64,000 nucleotides of DNA from a virus. The notes below the pieces were generated by a model. It did no database searches and was not told the DNA's origin. It saw only the letters and a program-made list of their open reading frames with translations. How positions within the stretch are numbered: the first letter of the stretch is position 1; the number at the start of each line of letters is the position of its first letter. The translations under genes were made by a program, and so were the position numbers. This document shows positions 21,034-31,400 of this stretch, one piece after another. The stretch spans positions 16,038-80,037 of the IMG/VR virus record IMGVR_UViG_3300042257_000088; one strand, written 5' to 3'.

Positions 21034-21627
21034 GTGTTTGCTGTTATAATTAATTATGACAGCAAATATGTTGGTGGAAGGTGCTGTTTTTTCGTGACAA
21101 AGAAGATTCATGGATTAGTTAGTGACAAAAAACAATTTAGAGAAGACATGCTTGATGAAAAATTATTTGGTAAGGAATACGGTTATTTTCTTTTTTTAAC
21201 ACAAACTTCTTTTTTAAATGGTGAAGAAATTCTTCCATTTGATGAATTTGTAAAAGTAGTAACTAGTACAAAGTTTTACATTTTACGTTTCACAGATGAT
21301 GGTAGTTGGGGTTGCTTATTTGGTCCTAGCAAATATTATAAAAATGCTTCATATTTTTTAGGAGATGCTGAAGATATTCTAAAAGGTTCGGCCGAAGCAT
21401 ATGTAATGCCATCATCTATGGATATACAAAAACTAGGAACAATTCACATTGTTGTAGGTTCGGCTTTTAAAGGACAGGAACACATTAAATTTCAAAATGA
21501 AATACAAGATTCTAGGTGGACTAGTATTGAAGAAATTGAAACATTATCCAAAGACGAAAAAAACGATGTATCACTAACACTATTAAATTCTTGGATAACG
21601 AGTTTAAAAAATTCAAAAACAAAATAA
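21034..21627 (+). CDS. Hypothetical protein, possibly degenerate NUDIX fold
   Basis: No Nudix box, but the C-terminal EIQDSRWTSIEEI resembles the Nudix C-terminal strand-helix. Confidence 0.4.
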   Translation: MFAVIINYDSKYVGGRCCFFVTKKIHGLVSDKKQFREDMLDEKLFGKEYGYFLFLTQTSFLNGEEILPFDEFVKVVTSTKFYILRFTDDGSWGCLFGPSKYYKNASYFLGDAEDILKGSAEAYVMPSSMDIQKLGTIHIVVGSAFKGQEHIKFQNEIQDSRWTSIEEIETLSKDEKNDVSLTLLNSWITSLKNSKTK

Positions 21628-21643
21628 GGATGGGTATTAAATA

Positions 21644-21709
21644 TTGGAATACACTACTAACATACAGGATTTCTTTTGGGAGCCGTTTGACAATACAAGC
21701 AAAAAATAA
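21644..21709 (+). CDS. Putative 21-aa micro-ORF (M)EYTTNIQDFFWEPFDNTSKK, copy 1
   Basis: TTG start after AAGGATGGG. Near-identical to 35996..36058, with synonymous changes and an in-frame indel. Confidence 0.45.
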   Translation: MEYTTNIQDFFWEPFDNTSKK

Positions 21710-21768
21710 ATGATAATACTCATTAATATTTAATATATATATGAAAATTATAGGAGTTGATACTTAAA

Positions 21769-23415
21769 ATGTCTATATATACTCCAACAACCGATTGGGA
21801 TGAAATACAAGATAGAACAATAGATCCACAAAGTAAATACGATAGTGATATTATAAATAAAATAACATCAATCGGTGGTAGTGATAGATATAAAGTTTCT
21901 GGATTAATGGCTGATTTAATTTATGATTCTGATGATAGTCTCCCATATCTTCATGTTACCGATGGTATAGCAGTAAAAGATAATGTGGTAATTAAATTTA
22001 CTGATGAAAGTTTTATACCATTCAATGAAGCATGGCCAACTACACCAGGTATTTATTATTTAGCTATTGATTATATTTATGAAAAACAATCACCACCACC
22101 GGCAGCATCTTTAGTATTTATATCAGAAAACGAATATGATCCATTGCAACATTTTCCACTTTATCAAATTTTTATAAACGGTGATATATTTCCAGATAAT
22201 GTTTATATTGAACAATTAGAATTTGGTAAAGACGAAGAAGTACAAACTGTTTTTGTTGAAAGAATGTCATCAGAAAAAACATATATATCCGTTGCTGGTG
22301 GTGAAACAGAAATAGAAATAGTTAATTATTTTAATGATTATACAAAAGAATATGCTGTTTATATAAATGGTGTATATCAAATGGAAAATGTTGATTATGC
22401 AATTGATACTGTATTAAGAAAAGTTATTTTAACTGAACCATTACAACCGGACGATATTTTTATATTTATGTCAAGACAATGGGGACGTCCTAATTCTGAA
22501 GCATCATCATTTTATACTCAAGAAGAATTAAATGGTGGTATATTGGATACAATTTATTATAATGAATCTGAAATAGATGATTTCTTCGAAGGTGAAGATC
22601 TTGGAAAGAAACAAGTTGATTGGCAACGTATATTAAATACACCAACTACTATAGATGGGTATGGTATAACAGAAGACATTATAACACCAGCAGAATTAAA
22701 TACACATGCTGATACAACTATTAATGTACACGGAATAGTCGATACATCCGATCTTGCATATAAATCAAGTTCATTAAATCAGTTTGCTGATATAACAAGT
22801 CCCGGTGCTGATATAGAAGACGCCGTTACAAAAAGACATGAACAAAACACAGATTCAGGTACTTCTTCTACTACATTTCATATTGGTACAGATGGACCAT
22901 TAATTAAAAATAATGCTGGTGATATTCAGATTAGAACAAATTTGGATGATGACTTCGCAAATATAGAAGTTGGAAATTTGACAGTACGTGGTACTACGAC
23001 AACGCTGTATACAGAAGAAGTTTCTATTGATGATAATATAATTGTTTTAAATTCCAATGCTACGGGAACACCAACAGAAAATGCTGGTGTAGAAATTAAT
23101 CGTGGTGATTATGGTAATGCTAATATTATATGGGATGAAACCAATGTAATATGGAAAGCTGGAATAGCTGGAAATGAAAAAACTATAATACGTGAAGATG
23201 ATTTAGTTGTTCTAAGTGGCGACGTAAGCGGAAGTGGTATTTTTGATTTAGATGGTATGGCTGTAATTAATACAACAATAGATACCGGTGAGTTGTCTTA
23301 TTCGCTTGATGGTGGTGGTGCCTTTTTTGCCGCATTCAATGGTGGGTGGGCAAGTACGCCGGAAGAAGCATATCTTGATAAATATAAAATTGATTGCGGA
23401 AACGCATTCGCATAA
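21769..23415 (+). CDS. Baseplate/tail fibre attachment protein
   Basis: Contains VYINGVYQ...DY, NTPTTIDGYGIT, HGI.DTSDLA and DNIIVLN...ENAG.EI.RG fibre modules shared with 28439..32512. Confidence 0.7.
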   Translation: MSIYTPTTDWDEIQDRTIDPQSKYDSDIINKITSIGGSDRYKVSGLMADLIYDSDDSLPYLHVTDGIAVKDNVVIKFTDESFIPFNEAWPTTPGIYYLAIDYIYEKQSPPPAASLVFISENEYDPLQHFPLYQIFINGDIFPDNVYIEQLEFGKDEEVQTVFVERMSSEKTYISVAGGETEIEIVNYFNDYTKEYAVYINGVYQMENVDYAIDTVLRKVILTEPLQPDDIFIFMSRQWGRPNSEASSFYTQEELNGGILDTIYYNESEIDDFFEGEDLGKKQVDWQRILNTPTTIDGYGITEDIITPAELNTHADTTINVHGIVDTSDLAYKSSSLNQFADITSPGADIEDAVTKRHEQNTDSGTSSTTFHIGTDGPLIKNNAGDIQIRTNLDDDFANIEVGNLTVRGTTTTLYTEEVSIDDNIIVLNSNATGTPTENAGVEINRGDYGNANIIWDETNVIWKAGIAGNEKTIIREDDLVVLSGDVSGSGIFDLDGMAVINTTIDTGELSYSLDGGGAFFAAFNGGWASTPEEAYLDKYKIDCGNAFA

Positions 23416-23442
23416 TTATAAAATTAAAGGAGGAAAAAATAA

Positions 23443-24507
23443 ATGATGTTTTCAAAATATATGGTACGCAGAGATACTGGTGCAAATTGGATTCTTGCCG
23501 ATCCTGTTTTAGAATTGGGTGAAGTAGGATTTGAAACAGACACTGGATTAATAAAAATTGGAGATGGAATAAATCAATGGAGCACACTGTCATATACTGC
23601 TGTTAATATGCATAATAATACTGTTCATTCTGAAGTTTATATTACTGCAGATGGTGTAACATTTGAAAATTTAAATACAAATGGCGATGTTGGAACTGCT
23701 GCCGGAACACTTTGTGCTGGCGATGATAGTAGATTGTCAGATGCTAGAACACCTGTTTCTCATAACAATACTTATCATTCAGAAACATATATAACATCAA
23801 CCGGTGTAACATTTGAAAATTTAAATACAAATGGCGATGTGGGTAACGGTACTAGTCAGGTAGCACAAGGAGATCACAACCATGATGCTTCATATGAAGC
23901 AATTGGAGAAGTTTCTACACACGAATCCACATATGATCACACAGAATTACATACACATACAAATAAAGCAACATTAGATGAAATAGAAGTTGCGATGAAA
24001 AAAACAACATTTACAGCACCAGCAGCATCTACAGTAGATTATGTATTAGCTGCAACAGCATTGGCTGATGGAGTGACAACAGATGTCACAACTGGTATCA
24101 CAAATCCAGATATACCAAGAATTCTTTCAATTACAGGAAATGCTTCTGGAATAACAGGAAATGTAGTAATAGATGGAACTAACTATAATGATGAAGTTAT
24201 TTCTGAAACAATTGTTGCAAATGGAACAAACACAGTTTCAGGAACAAAAGCATTTAAAACTGTAACTGGAATTACATTACCTGCATTTAATGCAACTGGT
24301 GATACAATTTCAGTAGGTATTGGTGATATATTAGGGTTGAATAGAATTGTAGCAAATACTGTTGTTTTTGTTGCAACAGCAGATGGAGTAAAAGAAACTA
24401 TAGATCCTACAATTACAGAAAGTGTGAATCTTGAAGAAAATCTTATTGAATTTTCAACAATTCCCGATGGAAGTACAAATCTAGTATGTTATTTTATTGA
24501 AGAATAA
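23443..24507 (+). CDS. Tail fibre/appendage protein with Mtd-N/hyaluronidase-like N-terminal domain
   Basis: RRDTGANW...PVL..GE.GFETDTG..KIGDG...W..L.Y N-terminus; duplicated H.E.YIT..GVTFENLNTNGDVG module. Confidence 0.75.
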   Translation: MMFSKYMVRRDTGANWILADPVLELGEVGFETDTGLIKIGDGINQWSTLSYTAVNMHNNTVHSEVYITADGVTFENLNTNGDVGTAAGTLCAGDDSRLSDARTPVSHNNTYHSETYITSTGVTFENLNTNGDVGNGTSQVAQGDHNHDASYEAIGEVSTHESTYDHTELHTHTNKATLDEIEVAMKKTTFTAPAASTVDYVLAATALADGVTTDVTTGITNPDIPRILSITGNASGITGNVVIDGTNYNDEVISETIVANGTNTVSGTKAFKTVTGITLPAFNATGDTISVGIGDILGLNRIVANTVVFVATADGVKETIDPTITESVNLEENLIEFSTIPDGSTNLVCYFIEE

Positions 24508-24528
24508 TTTTTTTAATTATAAAAGGTT

Positions 24529-24768
24529 GTGATAAAATTGGAAATAAATAAAAATTTAAGATCAACAATTGCACCTAGCAAGGATTTATATAGAAGAGAT
24601 GTAAGATCAAATCTTGTAAATGTTTCAAGAACAGGGTTATTTTCAAGAAATGCAATAATAAATTGTAAACATTTATCTGATCCATTAATGCCCGCATATT
24701 ATGAAAACCCTGGACTAATTTCAGCCAGTGGAGTATATTTCCCAGAAATTTTTAGGAATAGTAAGTGA
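24529..24768 (+). CDS. Small protein, possibly the N-terminal part of a split gene with 24728..26047
   Basis: Overlaps the next ORF across an AAATTTTTAGG run; AAGGTTGTGAT RBS-like motif. Confidence 0.5.
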   Translation: MIKLEINKNLRSTIAPSKDLYRRDVRSNLVNVSRTGLFSRNAIINCKHLSDPLMPAYYENPGLISASGVYFPEIFRNSK

Positions 24769-26047
24769 TATGAATGAAGATGGTATAAATGGTTTAATTT
24801 CTCAAACCGGAAATGATATGGCTGATAATGGAACATATTGGTCTACTACAACTGTAAATGATTATTTACAGCACACTTCTTCTTTTATTTCAAAAACAAT
24901 TAAATCTTACGCATTTATAACTGAAAATGGATACACACCAAATTCATGGAAAGTTCAAGGATCTTCAGATGGAATATCATGGATAGATTTACATTCTGTT
25001 TCAGTTTCTTGGACTTGGGACACAGGAAAAAATAAAGTTGAATATAATATACCGTTAGAAAACAGAAGAAGTTTTAAATATCATAGAGTTTTATTTGATT
25101 CATTTTCTGTATCTGAAGTAAGAATATATATGTTACAATTTTATAATGTAGAATTAGAAAATAAAAATCAGGTAAGAATTCTTGCTTCTCCTGAAGATCC
25201 AATAATATTATCATTTGCAGACGGGTTTGAAGAAGATGGAATAACACCAATAGATCATGAAGTTACAATAAATACAAATAATATTATAGATATAATTCCA
25301 ACTAAAATAGAACATTCGCCACAATATGGAGCAAACAAATATAGACTTTTGGTTTATGCAGAATATGATCCTATATCTGGGGAAGTAATATTTGATGCTG
25401 AACATATGAATGTTGATGATTATATTAATATAGCTTATATTTGGAGAGATTTAAGAGATCATTTTAGGTGGACAGTTGTTAGTGATTATTCTGATTTTTA
25501 TAAATTTTTAGATGAAGCTTATTCTTCTTCAGCTATATGGTTTGACAGTAATTATTTAAATATGATATGTTCTCATGGAACTTCTTTTTATTGTTCATAT
25601 ATTTATTTCAGATATCAGAATTATACTAGCGATTATTCAGACTATGATCCTAAAATTTATACAACACAAAATTATGGAGAAACTTGGGATTTGATATTTA
25701 CACATCACGTTAATGATAGAGTTACAAGAGAATTTAATATTTCTGTAGAAGAAAATATCACTGGTTTGAGATTAAAAGATGGATATTATATATATAATTT
25801 CTATCCATATTGTTATGGTATTTATGAAAATGGCTTTGGTGGTAGAAAATTTTCAAATGGAAAAGTTTTATATTATGATACACCAACAGATCAATGGATT
25901 CAAAAATATAGAATATTTTTAGGTACAATAGAAGTAATTAAAAGTGCAGATGGTAATAACTGGGAAGTTAGTGAATTTTTACCATTTCAAAATTCAAGAA
26001 ATACAATTGTTCCATTTCCCAAACATACATTTAAAGCTAGATGGTAA
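24728..26047 (+). CDS. Discoidin/F5-8 type C-like carbohydrate-binding virion protein
   Basis: TPNSWKVQGSSDGISWIDL...FKYHRV motif, with a second aromatic-rich beta domain (IYTTQNYGETW). The true start may be ATG 24770. Confidence 0.65.
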   Translation: MEYISQKFLGIVSDMNEDGINGLISQTGNDMADNGTYWSTTTVNDYLQHTSSFISKTIKSYAFITENGYTPNSWKVQGSSDGISWIDLHSVSVSWTWDTGKNKVEYNIPLENRRSFKYHRVLFDSFSVSEVRIYMLQFYNVELENKNQVRILASPEDPIILSFADGFEEDGITPIDHEVTINTNNIIDIIPTKIEHSPQYGANKYRLLVYAEYDPISGEVIFDAEHMNVDDYINIAYIWRDLRDHFRWTVVSDYSDFYKFLDEAYSSSAIWFDSNYLNMICSHGTSFYCSYIYFRYQNYTSDYSDYDPKIYTTQNYGETWDLIFTHHVNDRVTREFNISVEENITGLRLKDGYYIYNFYPYCYGIYENGFGGRKFSNGKVLYYDTPTDQWIQKYRIFLGTIEVIKSADGNNWEVSEFLPFQNSRNTIVPFPKHTFKARW

Positions 26048-26118
26048 GTAAATAATAATTTTTAGAAAAACATCTTATTAATTTTTTTAATTTAATTGAA
26101 AGGAGGAAGTAATTTTGA

Positions 26119-26652
26119 ATGGCTAAAAATATTGTGCCACGTCAAAACAAGGAAGGTTCATTAGGCACAAAACAAAAACGATGGCAATCCATTTATGCAG
26201 ATGATTTAGTTTTGGGTTCCGGTGATACTTCCTCCGATGTAATTTTAGAAGCAGATATAGGTTCAGAAAATAATCCATCAATAACATATGATGTAACCGA
26301 AAATAAATGGGTATTATCATCCGATGGAATGAATTATAATTCAATTTCAGTTGATGGTCATAAACACGATACCGAATATATTAATAAAACAAACACTATT
26401 CCTTATGTACCAACAGAAAATTATAATCCAGCAACTAAAAAATATGTAGATGATAAAAACAACACATTTATACATAATCAGGAAACAGCTTCAAAAATAT
26501 GGACTATAACACATAATTTAAATAGATTTCCTTCTGTAACAATTGTAGATTCAACAGGAAGGGAAGTAATAGGTGATATTAAATATATAGATAGAAATAC
26601 AATCACATTAACATTTAAGTCATTATTTTCTGGTCGTGCTTATTTGAATTAA
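26119..26652 (+). CDS. Small tail-fibre-associated structural protein
   Basis: SLGT..KRW..IYA, PATKKYVD and a C-terminal HNQ..AS..W.I.HNL...P.V.IVD domain. AGGAGG RBS. Confidence 0.7.
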   Translation: MAKNIVPRQNKEGSLGTKQKRWQSIYADDLVLGSGDTSSDVILEADIGSENNPSITYDVTENKWVLSSDGMNYNSISVDGHKHDTEYINKTNTIPYVPTENYNPATKKYVDDKNNTFIHNQETASKIWTITHNLNRFPSVTIVDSTGREVIGDIKYIDRNTITLTFKSLFSGRAYLN

Positions 26653-26686
26653 ATATTTTTTTAAGAAAAGATAGGTGAATAAAAAC

Positions 26687-28327
26687 ATGGCTAAACAATT
26701 TTATGTTAATATTGATTTAAATCAAAATCAATTATTAAATAGTTTATTGCAAGTTTTGGCTACTGATCCAGCAACACCATTGGAAGGTCAGTTATGGTAT
26801 AATTCTGATGCATTATCAAAGAAAATAAAATTTTATAATGGTACCGATGCTTTAGAAGTAGCCACTGTAGATGAATTACATGAACATAGTAATAAAACTG
26901 TATTGGATTCTATAACAAACGCTGGTTCTGGCAGTATAATTACAACAGTAGAAAGAAATAAATTAACTAATATTGCAGCAGGTGCCGATGTTAACCAAAA
27001 TGCTTTTTCAACATTTTCTGACGGTACAAATACAGCATCGGCAGATACAGAAACAGATACATTTACTTTAAGATCAGCAAATAATTTATTAGATGTAGTA
27101 GTAACAAATGACGATGCTACATATGGTGATAATGCAATATTCACTGTTAATGAAGCAAATATTAGTCACAGTAATTTATCGAATTTAACTAATGATGATC
27201 ACGAACAATATATTTTAGTAGATGGTACTAGAGCATTTACTGGTCCTGTCGGTGGTGTAACACCATCAGCTGGTGCTGATCTTGCTACTAAAGATTATGT
27301 CGATAGCTTACTTCAGGGGTTGGATTGGCAAGAATCAGTAATTGATCGAGATTTAGCATCACCACCGGGTACACCAGCAGAAGGAGATAGATATCTTGTT
27401 GCTTCTGGTGCTTCTGGTGATTGGGCTGGTTATGAAGGATACATAGCAGAATGGGACGGAGCTGCTTGGATTTTCTCTTCTCCTGATGAAGGTTTCTGTG
27501 CTTGGGTAGAAGATGAAAATATTCAGGTAACTTATAATGGTACTGGTTGGGTGACATTCGGTTCAACTACTAATCACTCTGCTTTGTCTGGATTACAAGG
27601 TGGAGATACTGGTGAATATTACCATTTAACAGCAGCACAACACACTGATTTGACAGACGGTGGGGATTCCACTAGCCACTATCATGCTTCTGATAGAAAT
27701 CTAGCAAACGCTACTGGTATTTTAGCAGTTGCTAACGGTGGTACTAATAATGCTTCTTATACTACAAGTAAATTTTTAGTTTATGACGGTACTAAATTAG
27801 CTTCGTCTGCCTATGATTCAAGTAGTTTTGCTACAGCCGGACACGATCACGACACAGAATATTTAGGTTTACATGCCACCGCAGATAATGCTGATTTATT
27901 AGATAATCAAGATGGTACTTATTATCTTAATTGGAATAATTTTTCAAATATACCAGCTTCATTTACACCATCTTCACACGGTAATGAAGTACACGATGAA
28001 ACATTTATAACAGCATCTGGCGTAACTTTCGAAAACTTGGACGCTAATGGTGATGTTGGTAGTGGAGCAGCCCAGGTAGCACCGGGTGATCATACTCACG
28101 CTAATATGACATTTAAGTATTCAGCTACTATAGGTGATGGTGTATCAACAGCATTAGATGTTACACACAACCTTGGTACTAGAGATACAACTATTCAAAT
28201 ATACAGAAACACATCACCATATGATGAAATAATGTGTGATATTGAACACACCGATTTAAATACAACAACATTTAAATTTGCTCAAGCACCAACTACTGAT
28301 GAATTTAGAGTTGTTATAGTAGGATAA
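26687..28327 (+). CDS. Tail fibre/virion appendage protein
   Basis: ATKDYVD, WQESVID...PP..P.EGDRYLV...W, H..L.GLQGG...YYHLT and a C-terminal GDG.....VTHNLGTRD domain. Confidence 0.75.
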   Translation: MAKQFYVNIDLNQNQLLNSLLQVLATDPATPLEGQLWYNSDALSKKIKFYNGTDALEVATVDELHEHSNKTVLDSITNAGSGSIITTVERNKLTNIAAGADVNQNAFSTFSDGTNTASADTETDTFTLRSANNLLDVVVTNDDATYGDNAIFTVNEANISHSNLSNLTNDDHEQYILVDGTRAFTGPVGGVTPSAGADLATKDYVDSLLQGLDWQESVIDRDLASPPGTPAEGDRYLVASGASGDWAGYEGYIAEWDGAAWIFSSPDEGFCAWVEDENIQVTYNGTGWVTFGSTTNHSALSGLQGGDTGEYYHLTAAQHTDLTDGGDSTSHYHASDRNLANATGILAVANGGTNNASYTTSKFLVYDGTKLASSAYDSSSFATAGHDHDTEYLGLHATADNADLLDNQDGTYYLNWNNFSNIPASFTPSSHGNEVHDETFITASGVTFENLDANGDVGSGAAQVAPGDHTHANMTFKYSATIGDGVSTALDVTHNLGTRDTTIQIYRNTSPYDEIMCDIEHTDLNTTTFKFAQAPTTDEFRVVIVG

Positions 28328-28438
28328 AATCCTGATTAAATTATATGAATGAAGTGTTTAAGTATTTATAATAAAAAATAAATTTACCAATAACACTTCT
28401 TTGTATAATTCTAATCGTAAAGGATGTGAAAATATAAA

Positions 28439-31400
28439 ATGGGAACAAAATATTTGGGCAACGGTCCTAGTCTTGATAATGATATTTTAACTAAAAGTTA
28501 TGTAGACACACAAATTTCTACACATAATCATGACTCCGATTATTTACAATTAACCGGTGGCACCTTAACTGGTACATTGACAACTCGTTCAATTTTACCC
28601 GATGCTGATAGTACTTATAATATTGGATCTGACATAAATAGATTTGCGCATATTTATGCAGACGATATTCATGTAGGTGCAAATTCATTATATGTAAATG
28701 ATAAAAAAGTAATAAGTGATGTATCTGATACTATAGTAATATCAACGGATACTGATCAAAATATGAATATTGAAACATCTGGTGTAGGCCATTTAACATT
28801 AACATCCGAAACTGGTTCATTATTATTAGCTTCTAATAATTCAATTGAATTAAATTCAAAAAGTGGATCAATTATATCGGTACCATCAACATTAAATTCA
28901 AAAAACATTAATATTGAAAATGAATCATCTGGTGGAAATATATCAATATCTGCATTAGGTACCATGGGTAATATTAATTTATTTGCTACGGATGATATAT
29001 GGATTGATAGTGATGTGGATATTGATGGATCTTTAGATGTATTAAATGATTTAACGGTAAATACTGTAAGTGTTGTTTTGGATGACGATTCAAGATTATC
29101 TGATGCAAGAACACCTTTATCACACGATCATATTATATCAGATGTTACAGGTTTACAAACTGCTTTAGATAATAAATCTGATGATACTCATAATCACGAT
29201 TCCGATTATTTACAATTAACTGGCGGAACAATAACTGGTGATTTAATTATTTCTAATAGTAATTTGAATGTTGATGGAATTGCTAAAGGTGGGTTCCCTC
29301 TTGTACCAAACATGATATATAATAGTTATATGAGTATTTTAACAGATAGTGGTGTTCCCGTCGGTTTTTCAGTATTTAATGGCGATGCAAGTTATTTAAG
29401 CATAGAAGCAACAAGTCCGTTAGATAAAGCGTTTGAAGGTAGATATGTCTCAACAGAGTATTATAATGCTAATTTATCCGAATTCGTAAGTAGCGTTAAC
29501 GACGCCACTGGACCCGATGCATCATATTGGTTTGGACATTATAATAAAGGACCCAGAATTAGTCGCGGTGGGATGTATGATGGTTGGCATTATGTTGGAG
29601 ATGGACACATTTTAAAAATAACCAACAACCCCCTAGTAAGCTGGGTTGGTTATGATGATGGTGCGAATCATTGTGCGGTGACCATGACTTTCGATTATAA
29701 TTCATTAGGAGCTAAATGGTTATTCACATGTTGGGTAAAAATGATATCGGGTGATTCTTTTGGTGTTGGTAGTGATGCTGGCTACAGAGCCAAACCAAAC
29801 CCACCCAACAGTGTAAGTAAAGAAGATATACAGGCTGCTACGGATGGTTGGTATCGATATTCTGCGATAGTATCAACATCACAAATAACATCATTAGATA
29901 ATCTTGCTATGTCTTTAGGCTTTATACCCGAATCAGATGGTAGTATAGAAGCATATTTAGCTCTTCCTTATTTACAAAATTTAACTTGGGAAGGTACAAA
30001 TCTAGATAGTTGGACAGGATCATTTTCGGATCATTTATATAGAAACGGTTTTTTAATAGATCCTACAAACAGAACTGTTAAAATTAGTAACACTGTGCGT
30101 AGCGGCACTACTGCTAATGAAAGATTAGAAGTTGAAGGTAATGCTAAAATAACTGGCGATTTAATAGTAAATGATTATATACAAATTGGTGAAGATGGTG
30201 TTAATGCTAATAGAGAATTAAAAATGTGGGCTGAAAATGGATATGAAGCAAAACTTGTTACTTTTGAAACACCTACACATGGAATGGGTTTACGATATAA
30301 CTCAACTGATAATATTCTTTATATCGACAGATATCCAAATACAACAACACCAACACCGTTAGCAGAATTTTATAGGGATAGTGATTTAGTTAATTTTGTT
30401 TCAGCAACATTAAATCATAATGGAAATGCTATTGCCACACAAACTTGGGTAAATAGTAATTATCTTGGTATAGCAGCAACGGCTGTTGATTCAGATAAAT
30501 TAGATAATCAAGATGGTACTTATTATCTTAATTGGAATAATTTTACAAACACACCAACAACATTAGCAGGCTATGGAATAACAGATGCTGCTTCTGATAC
30601 AGAATTAAGTAATCATGCTTCCGATACAACAGCAATACATGGAATAACAGATACTTCTGATTTAGCTTTAAAATCAGGAAATGTAAATCAATTTTCAGAT
30701 ATTACTTCTACTGGTTCAGAAATAGAAGATGCTGTTTCTAAAAAACATAATCAGAATACTGATGTAGGAACAAGTTCATCAACTTTTTATATAGGTTCTT
30801 CTGGTCCTAAAATTAAAAATAATTCTGGTGTAATTGAAGTTAGGAATAATGCTGATACTGATTATGCTAATTTAGTAGTTGAAAACTTGACAGTTAAAGG
30901 AACAACAACTACAATAGAATCAGAAACTATAACAATAAATGATAATATTCTTGTATTAAATAATAATTATTCTGGTTCAACACCAACTGAAAATGGTGGA
31001 TTAGAAATAGAACGTGGTACACTAACTAATTCAACCATTATCTGGGATGAATCAAATGATTTATGGAAAGCAGGATTATCTGGTTCTGAAAAAACTATTG
31101 TTAGAGAAGATAATGAAATAGCATTAACTGGTGATGTTACTGGTACAGCCACATTTGATTCAAATGGTAATCTTAGTCTTACAACAACTGTAGCAGATGA
31201 TAGTCATAATCACATTATTTCTAATGTAGATGGATTACAAACTGCTTTAGATAATAAATCTGATGATACACACAATCACGATTCTGATTATCTAGGTATA
31301 ACGGATAAAGCGTCCGATTCCGAAAAATTAGATAATTTAGATAGCACGCAGTTTTTAAGAAGTGACACTGACGATACTATGACTGGTGTTCTTACTATAG

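Noticed and set aside
21687..21717. Promoter within the duplicated micro-ORF element
   Set aside because: TTGACA is present only in copy 1 (TTGATA in copy 2) and the best -10 (GATAAT) needs a 19-nt spacer.
28348..28411. Terminator between fibre genes
   Set aside because: Imperfect inverted repeat (GAAGTGTT/AACACTTC) with a long AT-rich loop and no clear U-tract; too weak to call.
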